Part shown: one piece after another, positions 52,368-61,186 of the stretch
How positions within the stretch are numbered: position 1 is the stretch's first letter
Layout of the letters: the number at the start of each line of letters is the position of its first letter
The notes under the pieces: model-generated
Told to the model about the DNA's origin: nothing
What the model saw: only the letters and a program-made list of their open reading frames with translations
Database searches by the model: none
Translations under genes and position numbers: made by a program
Sequence record: MH051917
DNA: 64,000 bases
DNA from: Enterobacteria phage vB_EcoM_IME341
Direction: 5' to 3' (one strand)

Positions 52368-52527
52368 TAAAGGCAAGCCGGCCCTCTCCTCATGAACGTC
52401 GCGTCCTCTGAGTGATGGACCTTTCCCTACCTGTAATAAGGTCGAGCCCAAGTGCGGTAAAGGGTTTACATACGGATACATGGACGAATTATGTGCCAAG
52501 GAACGGCCCCACCACTAAGAGACTACT

Positions 52528-53055
52528 ATGAAATTTTTAACTCCCATTTATCTAACCTTAATGCACGCCTTCGCTGAACGCGCCATTGAACGTTTAGACT
52601 CAGACCAATATACCTGGTATGAACCTGCTTCAAGAATGCAAGAGTTTGGTACTCTTCGACTTGATGGCGGACGCCAAACAGGTAAAACAAGTGCCCTTGC
52701 TCAGTTCGCAGCTGATTGGGTTTCCAAGGGTAATGATGTGATTGTTATGTCAAGTTCTTCGCATCGCTCGCGGGAAATCTGTAATATAATAAAGCGGGTT
52801 TCTAAGGCACAACCGCATCTTAATGTTGACCAACCCGGTTTTATCGTCTACGATACTGTTCGTTCATTTTTAGATGAAGATCATTTCCATAAGTACCGTG
52901 GGCTATCTGTTACCCGATTATTGATTATTATTGAAGAGCCGATGCGCCTTCCGGCAATGGATAAGTTCTATGAAGCTTATCAGGTAATGATTAATAAATT
53001 TATGTGCCAAGGCGACAAACCTTTACCTCTGTTCTTTGTGATAGGAATGCAATGA
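52528..53055 (+). CDS. small P-loop protein
   Basis: Walker A-like GGRQTGKTS; 175 aa. Confidence 0.5.
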   Translation: MKFLTPIYLTLMHAFAERAIERLDSDQYTWYEPASRMQEFGTLRLDGGRQTGKTSALAQFAADWVSKGNDVIVMSSSSHRSREICNIIKRVSKAQPHLNVDQPGFIVYDTVRSFLDEDHFHKYRGLSVTRLLIIIEEPMRLPAMDKFYEAYQVMINKFMCQGDKPLPLFFVIGMQ

Positions 53056-53348
53056 TGACTGATGAAGAACTTTTTGAGTTCTGTTATTTCTCACGTAAGG
53101 TTCGAAGAGAGGACCTTACCGCGAATTTTGAATATGCTTATTTTTACCCACTAGAATACGTGTTCATGACAGGGCCCTTTAAGGGCTCTCGTTTTAGATG
53201 TCATGCCCCAAGCATCCGATTAATGAAACAGGTTCCTTACTTTACCCTCGAGTTCATCTCAGGGCCTTGTAAGGGTATTATTACTCGCAGTCTCTTAACT
53301 TATGACCAAGAGATTCATATGATTTCTGACTGGAAGAAATATGTCTAA
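53052..53348 (+). CDS. hypothetical protein
   Basis: ATGA-coupled ORF. Confidence 0.45.
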   Translation: MMTDEELFEFCYFSRKVRREDLTANFEYAYFYPLEYVFMTGPFKGSRFRCHAPSIRLMKQVPYFTLEFISGPCKGIITRSLLTYDQEIHMISDWKKYV

Positions 53349-53559
53349 ATTGACAATTGAAGGCTCTGATGAAGCTCTGAAGATGTTTGTTGACTGGTTC
53401 CACGGACAGGGCGAACAAGGCTTTTTGGAATGTTGGGATGGCGGACGCTGGAATGGTAAAGAAACCGTTTATCCTAGCACATATATCTCTGTTCGTGGTG
53501 GATATGACGGGATTCATTTAGTTGAATACGATATTGCATCTGATGAGGAAGTGAAATGA
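53341..53559 (+). CDS. hypothetical protein
   Basis: 72-aa ORF. Confidence 0.45.
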   Translation: MSKLTIEGSDEALKMFVDWFHGQGEQGFLECWDGGRWNGKETVYPSTYISVRGGYDGIHLVEYDIASDEEVK

Positions 53560-53834
53560 TTGAAGATATTAAGGGTTACAAACCACATACCGACGACAAA
53601 ATCAGTAAAGTGAACGCGATTAAAGATGCTGAAGTTCGATTAGGGTTAATCTTTAAAGCCTTGGAAGAAGAATATGTTGAAGCCTTTACATGCTCGGGTG
53701 TTGACAAAATGAGTGATGAAGAATTCAACCTCACCCATGAACGCCTAGCCCAGATTCGTACGGCAATCGAACGCTTGAAAGAAGCAAGCATGTGGGCGTG
53801 TCGTTCCGTTTTCCAGCCCGAGGAAAAATACTGA
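53556..53834 (+). CDS. hypothetical protein
   Basis: 92-aa ORF after GAGGAAG. Confidence 0.45.
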   Translation: MIEDIKGYKPHTDDKISKVNAIKDAEVRLGLIFKALEEEYVEAFTCSGVDKMSDEEFNLTHERLAQIRTAIERLKEASMWACRSVFQPEEKY

Positions 53835-54043
53835 TGAAAATTGAAAGTTTACAAGATTTCCAGCGTATCATTGGTGAAGCCTGTACCGGCTACCACAAAT
53901 ACTTGCTTGACGACCAAATGGCTTGTCTCGAAGAAGGTGAAGTACAGTATGCAGCCCAACGCCTTGAACAAGTGAAAGAGTTTTATCCTGTATTGGTAGA
54001 AATTTGTTCAGCTGCTGGAAAACTTACCCCATTCCAAGAATAA
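53834..54043 (+). CDS. hypothetical protein
   Basis: ATG 53834 after GAGGAAAAA. Confidence 0.45.
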   Translation: MKIESLQDFQRIIGEACTGYHKYLLDDQMACLEEGEVQYAAQRLEQVKEFYPVLVEICSAAGKLTPFQE

Positions 54044-54047
54044 AGCA

Positions 54048-54096
54048 GTTTACATCTCCTGTAGACATGATACTATAAACCTATCAACTACAGGAG
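54048..54096 (+). promoter_or_regulatory. early promoter cassette; spacer CTCCTGTAG pairs with SD-containing CTACAGGAG
   Basis: GTTTAC 54048-53; TACTAT 54071-76; arms 54056-64 and 54088-96. Confidence 0.7.
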
Positions 54097-54104
54097 ATTA
54101 CAAA

Positions 54105-54563
54105 ATGTCAGAAATTAATTCAGAAGTATTCATCCGCCGCAACAAATTACGTCGTCAGTTCGAAACCGAATTCCGTGAACTGAATGCGTCCATCAAAAAA
54201 GCCGCCATTAAGAGCGGTGTCCCAGCCTTCTTTATTAAGTACTCTAATCACTTGTTGGACCGTGCTATCCAACGTGAAATCGACGAAAAATACGTTTTTG
54301 CTTTATTCAAGCAACTCCATAACCATGTTAAAGAAATCCACGAATTCTTAATCCAGGAACCTCTGCCTGATGTAGAATCCGAAATTGTCCCTGGTAAAGT
54401 GTATCGTCCATTGCGTCTCGAAATTACCGATAAAACCTTATGGCTAGGTATGACAGTAGACCGTAAACATCCTGATAAAGGATATTCCCTTAAATGTCGT
54501 ATGGCATTTGTTAACTCTAAACGTTTAGAAGGTAAAACCAGCACTAAAGTAATCTATCTTTAA
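54105..54563 (+). CDS. hypothetical protein
   Basis: 152-aa ORF. Confidence 0.5.
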   Translation: MSEINSEVFIRRNKLRRQFETEFRELNASIKKAAIKSGVPAFFIKYSNHLLDRAIQREIDEKYVFALFKQLHNHVKEIHEFLIQEPLPDVESEIVPGKVYRPLRLEITDKTLWLGMTVDRKHPDKGYSLKCRMAFVNSKRLEGKTSTKVIYL

Positions 54564-54575
54564 TAATGAGGTCTC

Positions 54576-55115
54576 ATGAAAAAAGTATTAGCCACTTTAC
54601 TATTGACAGTTAGTATGTCTGCCCATAGCGTAGAGCCTACTTTCAGTAATGAACAACTCGATAATTTACATTACGCGTATGCTTTCGGTGAACAATACCA
54701 AAAGTCGGGAAAGTTCAAAGAAAACCCTAATCAAAAAGGATTAGGATATATCATGGCCGGATTACTATGGCAGGAATCATCCGCCGGAATTAATCAAGGT
54801 TTAAATAAAGATAAGCACCATGCTTATGGCATGTTCCAAAATTACTTGCCTACGTTAAGAAGTCGTGTTCAACAGGTAGGTTGGAAGATGTCAGACAAAG
54901 AAATAATTCGTATGGTCCAAAAACGACAGAACAGTGCCTCTTGGGCCTACATTGAGCTGTCTTATTGGATTGATGTTCACAAAGGTGACCTGAGAAAAGC
55001 GATTGCTTCTTATAATGCGGGCTGGAACGTCAAAGCAGGCAGTAAGTATGCTTCTGAAGTTCTAGAAAAGGCCAATTACCTAAAATCTAAAAAGATGTTT
55101 GAGGCGGTATATTAA
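54576..55115 (+). CDS. secreted lytic-transglycosylase-like protein (SLT motifs)
   Basis: signal peptide MKKVLATLLLTVSMSAHS; catalytic-type WQESSAG...GMFQ and AYNAG-like ASYNAGWN. Confidence 0.55.
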   Translation: MKKVLATLLLTVSMSAHSVEPTFSNEQLDNLHYAYAFGEQYQKSGKFKENPNQKGLGYIMAGLLWQESSAGINQGLNKDKHHAYGMFQNYLPTLRSRVQQVGWKMSDKEIIRMVQKRQNSASWAYIELSYWIDVHKGDLRKAIASYNAGWNVKAGSKYASEVLEKANYLKSKKMFEAVY

Positions 55116-55472
55116 ATGATTAAGCAGATGACTATAGCGCTTATGTTGATCGCTCCGGGAGTATTAGCGTCACAAGTTGATGATAGCAATAATTCAATTG
55201 TTGAGTATGCTACCCGCACAGCAAAAGATTATTGTCATCCAAGTAATACTGAATGCGTTATCGAATTCAGTTCAAAAATCACAGCGGCTTTTAAAGATGG
55301 ACAGAACGACGTAGAGCATCGCAGAATGAAAGAGAAAACTCTTTCTAAAAGGTACGAGCAACGTCTAAACGTTACTGAATGTGTTCCATCTGATAAAAAG
55401 TACAAAGAAATGTGTGCGTCTATGGTAGACAGACTCGTTGACTCATACAACCGAGGATTAAACTCTAAATGA
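55116..55472 (+). CDS. secreted Cys-containing small protein
   Basis: signal peptide MIKQMTIALMLIAPGVLAS. Confidence 0.5.
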   Translation: MIKQMTIALMLIAPGVLASQVDDSNNSIVEYATRTAKDYCHPSNTECVIEFSSKITAAFKDGQNDVEHRRMKEKTLSKRYEQRLNVTECVPSDKKYKEMCASMVDRLVDSYNRGLNSK

Positions 55473-55936
55473 TTATTGATTATATTAAGGGCGATATAGT
55501 CGCCCTGTTTCTTCAAGGTAATAATGTTGCACACGGGTGCAATTGTTTCCATACAATGGGTTCAGGTGTAGCCGGACAATTGGCTAAGGCTTATCCGCCT
55601 ATTCTCGCTATCGATAAAACCACTTATTTAGGTGGGGTAGAAAAACTTGGCACGTTTACCCAAGCCACAGGTAATAATGGCCAAATTTGCTATAATCTTT
55701 ATACGCAATACGAACCTGGCCCTAATCTTGATTATGGTGCTTTAGTAAACTGTATGATAGAATTAAACCGTACCGCAAAGGGTCTTTTGTTTAAACCCAG
55801 AATTTATATTCCTCGCATCGGTTGTGGTATTGCTGGTGGTGATTGGGACAAGGTTTATCAATTGATTAATTTGTTTACTCCTGATATTAATTTAGTGGTG
55901 GTAGATTATGAAAGCCCATTACCCACATCCGTTTGA
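55469..55936 (+). CDS. macro-domain (ADP-ribose binding/hydrolase-like) protein
   Basis: GDIVAL...NNVAHGCNCFHTMGSGVAGQL resembles the macro-domain signature. Confidence 0.6.
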   Translation: MIIDYIKGDIVALFLQGNNVAHGCNCFHTMGSGVAGQLAKAYPPILAIDKTTYLGGVEKLGTFTQATGNNGQICYNLYTQYEPGPNLDYGALVNCMIELNRTAKGLLFKPRIYIPRIGCGIAGGDWDKVYQLINLFTPDINLVVVDYESPLPTSV

Positions 55937-56120
55937 CCCTAAAAACAAAGCGGAAATTATTCGACGCTGGACCGAAACCCGAGTAACCAAATGTCCTATA
56001 AAAAGTCAACACAACACCGATAAATGGTATATCGGTGAATACGTTGAATATACTTTTATAGATAAAAATAAACGTAAACATCATGTAGAAGAATATTGCT
56101 TAAAGGTGCAATGGCTATGA
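55908..56120 (+). CDS. hypothetical protein
   Basis: 70-aa ORF. Confidence 0.4.
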   Translation: MKAHYPHPFDPKNKAEIIRRWTETRVTKCPIKSQHNTDKWYIGEYVEYTFIDKNKRKHHVEEYCLKVQWL

Positions 56121-56302
56121 GTCTGAGTAAAGAACAGAAAGATAAATTGTTTGAGCTTATCCATGAGCTTTTGGATGAGCATACAGAAGCAAACGCCTTT
56201 TATGATGAATACGGTCCAATAGATGCCGAACATCAGGAAGAATTTGCCAATCGATTTGATGAGAAAGAAAATGAATTAATAGCTTATGTAAATAGTCTTT
56301 AA
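56111..56302 (+). CDS. small acidic protein
   Basis: ATG 56111 after AAGGTG. Confidence 0.4.
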   Translation: MAMSLSKEQKDKLFELIHELLDEHTEANAFYDEYGPIDAEHQEEFANRFDEKENELIAYVNSL

Positions 56303-56311
56303 GAAGGTAAT

Positions 56312-56884
56312 ATGGCCCAACTTTATTTTCACTACGCAGCAATGAATTCCGGGAAGACCGCTTCATTGCTAACAGCCGCTCATAACTACAAAGAACGTGG
56401 TATGGGCGTACTTCTTTTAAAGCCTGCGATAGACAATAGAGAATCAAGCCATAGCATTTCGTCTCGTATAGGGATTAGCCAAGAGGCTAATGCAGTGACT
56501 CCAGATATGGACCTATACGAGTTCTATCGTTGGGCTGAATCTCAAAAAGATATCCACTGCGTGTTTGTGGATGAAGCACAGTTCTTAGAACCAATACAGA
56601 TAAAACAACTGGCAAAGATAGTAGACAATTATAATGTTCCAGTTATGTGCTATGGGCTAAGAACTGATTTTCAGGGTAAACTGTTTCCTGGTTCTGCTGA
56701 ATTACTCGCTACAGCAGATAAACTCGTTGAGTACAAAGGTGTGTGCCATTGTGGACGTAAAGCTACTATGACGGCTCGTATCCAAGATGGTATCGCAATT
56801 AAGGACGGTGACCAAGTTTCTATAGGTGGCAACGATTCTTACGTGTCATTGTGCAGGAAGCACTGGATAGAAATAACGAGTTGA
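56312..56884 (+). CDS. tk: thymidine kinase
   Basis: N-terminal P-loop YFHYAAMNSGKT; 190 aa. Confidence 0.9.
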   Translation: MAQLYFHYAAMNSGKTASLLTAAHNYKERGMGVLLLKPAIDNRESSHSISSRIGISQEANAVTPDMDLYEFYRWAESQKDIHCVFVDEAQFLEPIQIKQLAKIVDNYNVPVMCYGLRTDFQGKLFPGSAELLATADKLVEYKGVCHCGRKATMTARIQDGIAIKDGDQVSIGGNDSYVSLCRKHWIEITS

Positions 56885-56891
56885 GGGTACT

Positions 56892-57170
56892 ATGGACCTA
56901 AATTCAAAGATTTTAATTCTAGCGTTCGCTGTGGCTATTTCTTATATTGTTCTTTCGCCTATCATGGATGATGTGGCTTACAAAAGAGAGATAGAGGTTG
57001 TAGCAGCGACGTATAATGCTAATAATAAAGAATGCCCTAATAAAAATGGGATGGATTTAATTAAAGCGCATTATATGCTTTCCATTACCTCGCCTATACA
57101 GAGGAATTGGGTTGAATATAATTTTAACGACGTGTTCTATTCTTATTGTCGTAAGCTTAAAAAGCTATAA
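56892..57170 (+). CDS. N-terminally membrane-anchored small protein (rI-like by position after tk)
   Basis: N-terminal TM, Cys-containing periplasmic part. Confidence 0.45.
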   Translation: MDLNSKILILAFAVAISYIVLSPIMDDVAYKREIEVVAATYNANNKECPNKNGMDLIKAHYMLSITSPIQRNWVEYNFNDVFYSYCRKLKKL

Positions 57171-57262
57171 ATAATAATACTAACCGTAGAGCTTTAGCTT
57201 TTGGTAATCGCTATCGGTTAAGGCCGAAAGGCAAATAGTATAAAACAACAAAGGACATTTGT

Positions 57263-57556
57263 ATGGATATTTTCCGTACAGCGGCTTGTATCCTTATGGC
57301 GGGATGTTTAGGCCCTTCAGTTTCACTAGCAAATGATACCAATGATAAATTGATGGACGCGTTTGCTAGTAGTGCGATGCCTGTTTATGCGCAAATGAGT
57401 AGACCCAGCGTAAAAGCCTCCGAAGATTATTGGGCCTATGTTACGGCTTCCTGGAAGAATTCAAGTTGTCGGACTATAGAAGCGTGCTCAATTGAAGGTC
57501 GTGCCATCGGAGAGCGTTATGCAAAACTAATGAAGGTAGAAGATGAAATTCAATGA
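57263..57556 (+). CDS. putative lipoprotein
   Basis: signal peptide with lipobox-like LMAGC. Confidence 0.45.
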   Translation: MDIFRTAACILMAGCLGPSVSLANDTNDKLMDAFASSAMPVYAQMSRPSVKASEDYWAYVTASWKNSSCRTIEACSIEGRAIGERYAKLMKVEDEIQ

Positions 57557-57926
57557 TTTCGTACCCGGTCGAGGGTCTGAAGTGGATTCTTATATTGGTT
57601 GGCTACTGGTTTCTTTAGCCTATTTTAAGTCAGCCCATTTAGAAACCAAAAGCTATGCAAGACACAAAGCGTATGACTTCTATTATGTAGAAGTTCAAGG
57701 ACCTCTGGACCAATTTAGTGAGCAATATCTTGGATTCAGTGGCAAAGAATATAAAGCATCATTACCGTCTGCTTCAGACTTGCCTAAGGACCCTGTAGAT
57801 TTCCTTGATGAGCTTCTTAAAGCAACTGATAAAATCTATGGCACTCTTCCTAAGGCCATCCAGTCGACTTTGGACGATATCACTGGCGTCTTTTACCAGA
57901 CTAAGTATTTGCTGACGTTAGAATAA
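57543..57926 (+). CDS. hypothetical protein
   Basis: 127-aa ORF. Confidence 0.5.
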   Translation: MKFNDFVPGRGSEVDSYIGWLLVSLAYFKSAHLETKSYARHKAYDFYYVEVQGPLDQFSEQYLGFSGKEYKASLPSASDLPKDPVDFLDELLKATDKIYGTLPKAIQSTLDDITGVFYQTKYLLTLE

Positions 57927-57931
57927 TCAAA

Positions 57932-57957
57932 GGTCTCACTTCGGTGGGACCTTTTTT
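57932..57957 (+). terminator. intrinsic terminator
   Basis: GGTCTCAC-TTCG-GTGGGACC + T6. Confidence 0.75.
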
Positions 57958-57966
57958 CGTTTAGGT

Positions 57967-58016
57967 GTTTACATCCTCTAGGAACATGATACTATAGACC
58001 TATCAACTAATGAGGA
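57967..58016 (+). promoter_or_regulatory. early promoter cassette
   Basis: GTTTAC 57967-72; TACTAT 57990-95; spacer TCCTC vs SD GAGGA. Confidence 0.65.
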
Positions 58017-58023
58017 AAACAGT

Positions 58024-58260
58024 ATGAAACTTACAAGTACTACGGTTTCATTAGAATATGAAATCAACGGTCGTATCCTTGAGATTAAGATATTCGACGA
58101 CCGAAGTATCTTTGCCGATTATCGAGGATACAGAATTCGTCTGGAAAAGGACGAGCTCAAGGAACCGTGGCTCCTTAAAGACACATTAAAGGGTTGTGGG
58201 TGTAAACTGAAAACCACCCAAGCCCAAGAATTAATTTCTACTATCAACAAATACTGGTGA
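58024..58260 (+). CDS. hypothetical protein
   Basis: 78-aa ORF. Confidence 0.5.
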   Translation: MKLTSTTVSLEYEINGRILEIKIFDDRSIFADYRGYRIRLEKDELKEPWLLKDTLKGCGCKLKTTQAQELISTINKYW

Positions 58261-58264
58261 TATT

Positions 58265-58447
58265 ATGTTAACTACTGAACAGTGTGCAAAAATTCTTAAA
58301 TTGGCTATTGAAATTGAAAGAGATTCTAACGACCTTGCGGTTGAGATGTGTGAAGGTTATTCATATTCCGGAATAGAACGGTGTAAACGAGATTTGGCTA
58401 AATCAAAACAGGCTTTGGTTGATTATTTAGAAGAATTGAAAGCATAA
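58265..58447 (+). CDS. hypothetical protein
   Basis: 60-aa ORF. Confidence 0.4.
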   Translation: MLTTEQCAKILKLAIEIERDSNDLAVEMCEGYSYSGIERCKRDLAKSKQALVDYLEELKA

Positions 58448-58566
58448 TGGCTGGTGGCATAGGAGCATGATATGATTTACTATCTTGAACCTTGGGCTTG
58501 GCTAACAATGGCTGTAGGGCCTGTTTTAATTGGTTTATTCTTTTCATGGTTAGCGAGGAAACTGTA

Positions 58567-58764
58567 ATGTTATACGATCCGAGTGGTTGTTCTGAAGATG
58601 GTATTATTGTTCTTTTGGCAGATGTTGAAGAATCTGACGATGATATCTTTGTTAAAGATTGGGAAGAAAAAGGTGGAATTACGCTCCAACAAGAAAATGA
58701 TATGATTTGTCTGAACGCAAGCCAAGTCGAAGAGCTTTATAGTATTTTAAAACACAACCGGTGA
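58567..58764 (+). CDS. small acidic protein
   Basis: ATG 58567 after GAGGAAA. Confidence 0.4.
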   Translation: MLYDPSGCSEDGIIVLLADVEESDDDIFVKDWEEKGGITLQQENDMICLNASQVEELYSILKHNR

Positions 58765-58767
58765 TTT

Positions 58768-58950
58768 ATGAAAACCGAAGAAAAGCACTTAAAGCTTGAA
58801 GAGCTTATCGAGATATATTCTGGAGCAGTGGCCAGATTTGAAACTGCGTTTTGCAACGATTACCCAGCTAGTGAATGCAGCAGGCTTTCTAAAGAAGAAG
58901 ATGAAGCTCTTAAAGAGTTGTTAAATTTTATTAAACAAAATGTGAAATGA
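58768..58950 (+). CDS. hypothetical protein
   Basis: 60-aa ORF. Confidence 0.4.
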   Translation: MKTEEKHLKLEELIEIYSGAVARFETAFCNDYPASECSRLSKEEDEALKELLNFIKQNVK

Positions 58951-58960
58951 GGAACGGAAA

Positions 58961-59521
58961 ATGATTATTGAAACATCTGGGTTGTTTGGTGACCTGACCG
59001 CTGAAGTAGTTGATAATGCAATTGTGCTTTCACAAGAAGACGATAAAATCGTACTGACTATCCAAGATATCAAACCACTTTACGATTTAAAGGTTTTGGA
59101 CAAACACCAATATCTTAATGGTAGTTTTAGAGGTGTATTTAATATTAACGATGATATGTGGGCCCAGATTTATAACCATGACAACGGGTTTAATTTGGAA
59201 ACGGATAGGGAATGTCTAAGCATTAGTGATTCTGCTAATTTCTTTAAATGTATTTTTAAACTGTTCCAGGAAGAATGTAAGCCAGAAGTCGAATGGAAAG
59301 TCCCTGGCCAAGATGCGGTGATTCGTTCTAGTGAAACCTTTGAGGGTGACGAAGAAGAACTGGATTATGACACCGAATTGTCCGTGTATCAACACCAGGG
59401 TCGTGATTTGCTATCCTTGACCCAAAGACATGACGGTGAAAATGAAGTGGTATTTACTAAGGACGAGCTCAAGGCTTTAGTCTCTTATCTGAACTCTGTT
59501 ATCCCAACTATGAACTCTTAA
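58961..59521 (+). CDS. hypothetical acidic protein
   Basis: 186-aa ORF after GAGGAA. Confidence 0.5.
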   Translation: MIIETSGLFGDLTAEVVDNAIVLSQEDDKIVLTIQDIKPLYDLKVLDKHQYLNGSFRGVFNINDDMWAQIYNHDNGFNLETDRECLSISDSANFFKCIFKLFQEECKPEVEWKVPGQDAVIRSSETFEGDEEELDYDTELSVYQHQGRDLLSLTQRHDGENEVVFTKDELKALVSYLNSVIPTMNS

Positions 59522-59530
59522 GGAAATATT

Positions 59531-59983
59531 ATGATTATCAATACAAACTCTTGGCACGTTAAATTACACGACCGTTTTTATGACCGTCATTCTCGACCGC
59601 ACTCTTTATGTGCTTACTTCTGGAAAATGGTTTGGGCCTGTTTTGCTTGTGCTGTTGTTGCAGGTAGTACGCTTTTTGGATTAACTGTTGCAGGCGCTGG
59701 TGTATTAGAGCATTTCTTTGTATTAAGTACCCCTGTTCTGTTGAGTCTAGGGTTTGTTTTAGGGTTGATTACGATAGCTCTTATTATTGCGCTATCCATT
59801 GGTTTGGCATTCGGTGCGATGAATTTACACGCATGGTATGATGCCCGTAGAGAAGAAAAGGAATGGCAACGTATTCAAGCTGAGCGTGAAGGCCGAGAAA
59901 CTAAAGAAAACGTTGTCATCCAATATATTAAAGCTCGTAAATCTAAGGTCTGCCCTGTAATCCACTTCGAGAACAAAGAATGA
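59531..59983 (+). CDS. multi-pass membrane protein
   Basis: 2-3 TM segments; TAAGGA RBS; overlaps start of next gene. Confidence 0.5.
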   Translation: MIINTNSWHVKLHDRFYDRHSRPHSLCAYFWKMVWACFACAVVAGSTLFGLTVAGAGVLEHFFVLSTPVLLSLGFVLGLITIALIIALSIGLAFGAMNLHAWYDARREEKEWQRIQAEREGRETKENVVIQYIKARKSKVCPVIHFENKE

Positions 59984-60990
59984 GAACAGTTATGAAAGGC
60001 TACTTCGGTAGCCACCTTTATGGAACAAGTACTCCGGAATCTGATGTCGATTTTAAAGAAATCTTTGTTCCACATCCGCGTGATATTCTGTTAGGTACGG
60101 CTATGAACCATACCAACCTGAATACGAATAACACCGCTTCCAAAAACACTAAAGATGATGTTGACCACGAGCTTTATAGCCTGAAATATTTCTTTAAACT
60201 AGCGGCTGAAGGCGAAACCGTTGCTCTGGACATGATTCATACTCCACCTGAACTGGTGGTTAAATCTGATTTACCTGATGTATGGAAATTTATCCAGGAT
60301 AACCGTTCACGGTTCTATACAACCAACATGAAAGCCTATTTAGGGTACGTCCGTAAGCAAGCTTCTAAATATGGTGTTAAAGGTTCTCGTCTGGCTGCTC
60401 TGCGTGGTGTACTGGCTATTGTTAACCAGATTCCTGAACAGTGGGTCGATTATCAAGAAGATGGTTCGACTAAGCAACGTCGCTCTAAGGTGGAAGATAT
60501 CAAACATCGGCTCCCTGAAAACGAATTCTGTGAATGGGTATTCCATAACCATGAGAAAACAGGTCCTCAAACGTTTTATACTGTTCTCGGACGTAAATAC
60601 CAAACCACTCTGTCATTAATCGAGCTCAAGCAATCTCTGAATAAGCTCGATGCGGAATATGGTGAACGTGCTCGTAAGGCTGAAGCCAATGAAGGTATTG
60701 ACTGGAAAGCTCTGAGCCATGCTTATCGTGCTGGTTATCAGTTGAAGGAAATCTATCAAACAGGTGACCTGGTTTATCCGCTTAAAAATGCTTCTATTAT
60801 TAAAGCAATAAAAGCAGGTGATATGCCTTTTAAAGTGGTCCAAGGGCTGTTGGAAAATATTGTTGATGAAGTCGAAGTCCTGGCTATCCAGGCTCATAAG
60901 AACGGTATGCCTGAGAAGGTAGATATGAAGTTCTGGGACAAGTTCGTTGAAGAGGTGTACCTTGACAACCACAACGCTTATTACCGCTAA
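59980..60990 (+). CDS. Pol-beta-superfamily nucleotidyltransferase-like protein
   Basis: N-terminal YFGSHLYGTSTPESDVDF (GS...DxD) and downstream LDMIH acidic residue. Confidence 0.55.
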   Translation: MRTVMKGYFGSHLYGTSTPESDVDFKEIFVPHPRDILLGTAMNHTNLNTNNTASKNTKDDVDHELYSLKYFFKLAAEGETVALDMIHTPPELVVKSDLPDVWKFIQDNRSRFYTTNMKAYLGYVRKQASKYGVKGSRLAALRGVLAIVNQIPEQWVDYQEDGSTKQRRSKVEDIKHRLPENEFCEWVFHNHEKTGPQTFYTVLGRKYQTTLSLIELKQSLNKLDAEYGERARKAEANEGIDWKALSHAYRAGYQLKEIYQTGDLVYPLKNASIIKAIKAGDMPFKVVQGLLENIVDEVEVLAIQAHKNGMPEKVDMKFWDKFVEEVYLDNHNAYYR

Positions 60991-61186
60991 AGAAGAAATT
61001 AACGTCTTTCTATCGTATGGAAGACCTCATAAAACTCGACGTTGGTATCTTGAAGCCGTCTGTAAAGAAACCGGACGTCGAGTCAATATCAAGTACGCAT
61101 GCAAACCTACGCCTAAACAGACAAGACGATTTGTTAACTGGGCTATAAATGATATCCGCTTCTATAATTTTTGGAGCGCAATTTAG
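60947..61186 (+). CDS. possible small basic protein; start uncertain
   Basis: ORF overlaps the 3' end of the preceding gene by 44 nt, no internal ATG. Confidence 0.25.
   Translation: MKRCTLTTTTLITAKEEINVFLSYGRPHKTRRWYLEAVCKETGRRVNIKYACKPTPKQTRRFVNWAINDIRFYNFWSAI

Noticed and set aside
52257-52499. 80-aa minus-strand ORF across the GC-rich island
   Set aside because: It overlaps the 3' end of the plus-strand IP-like gene, has no RBS, and is favoured only by the local GC richness.
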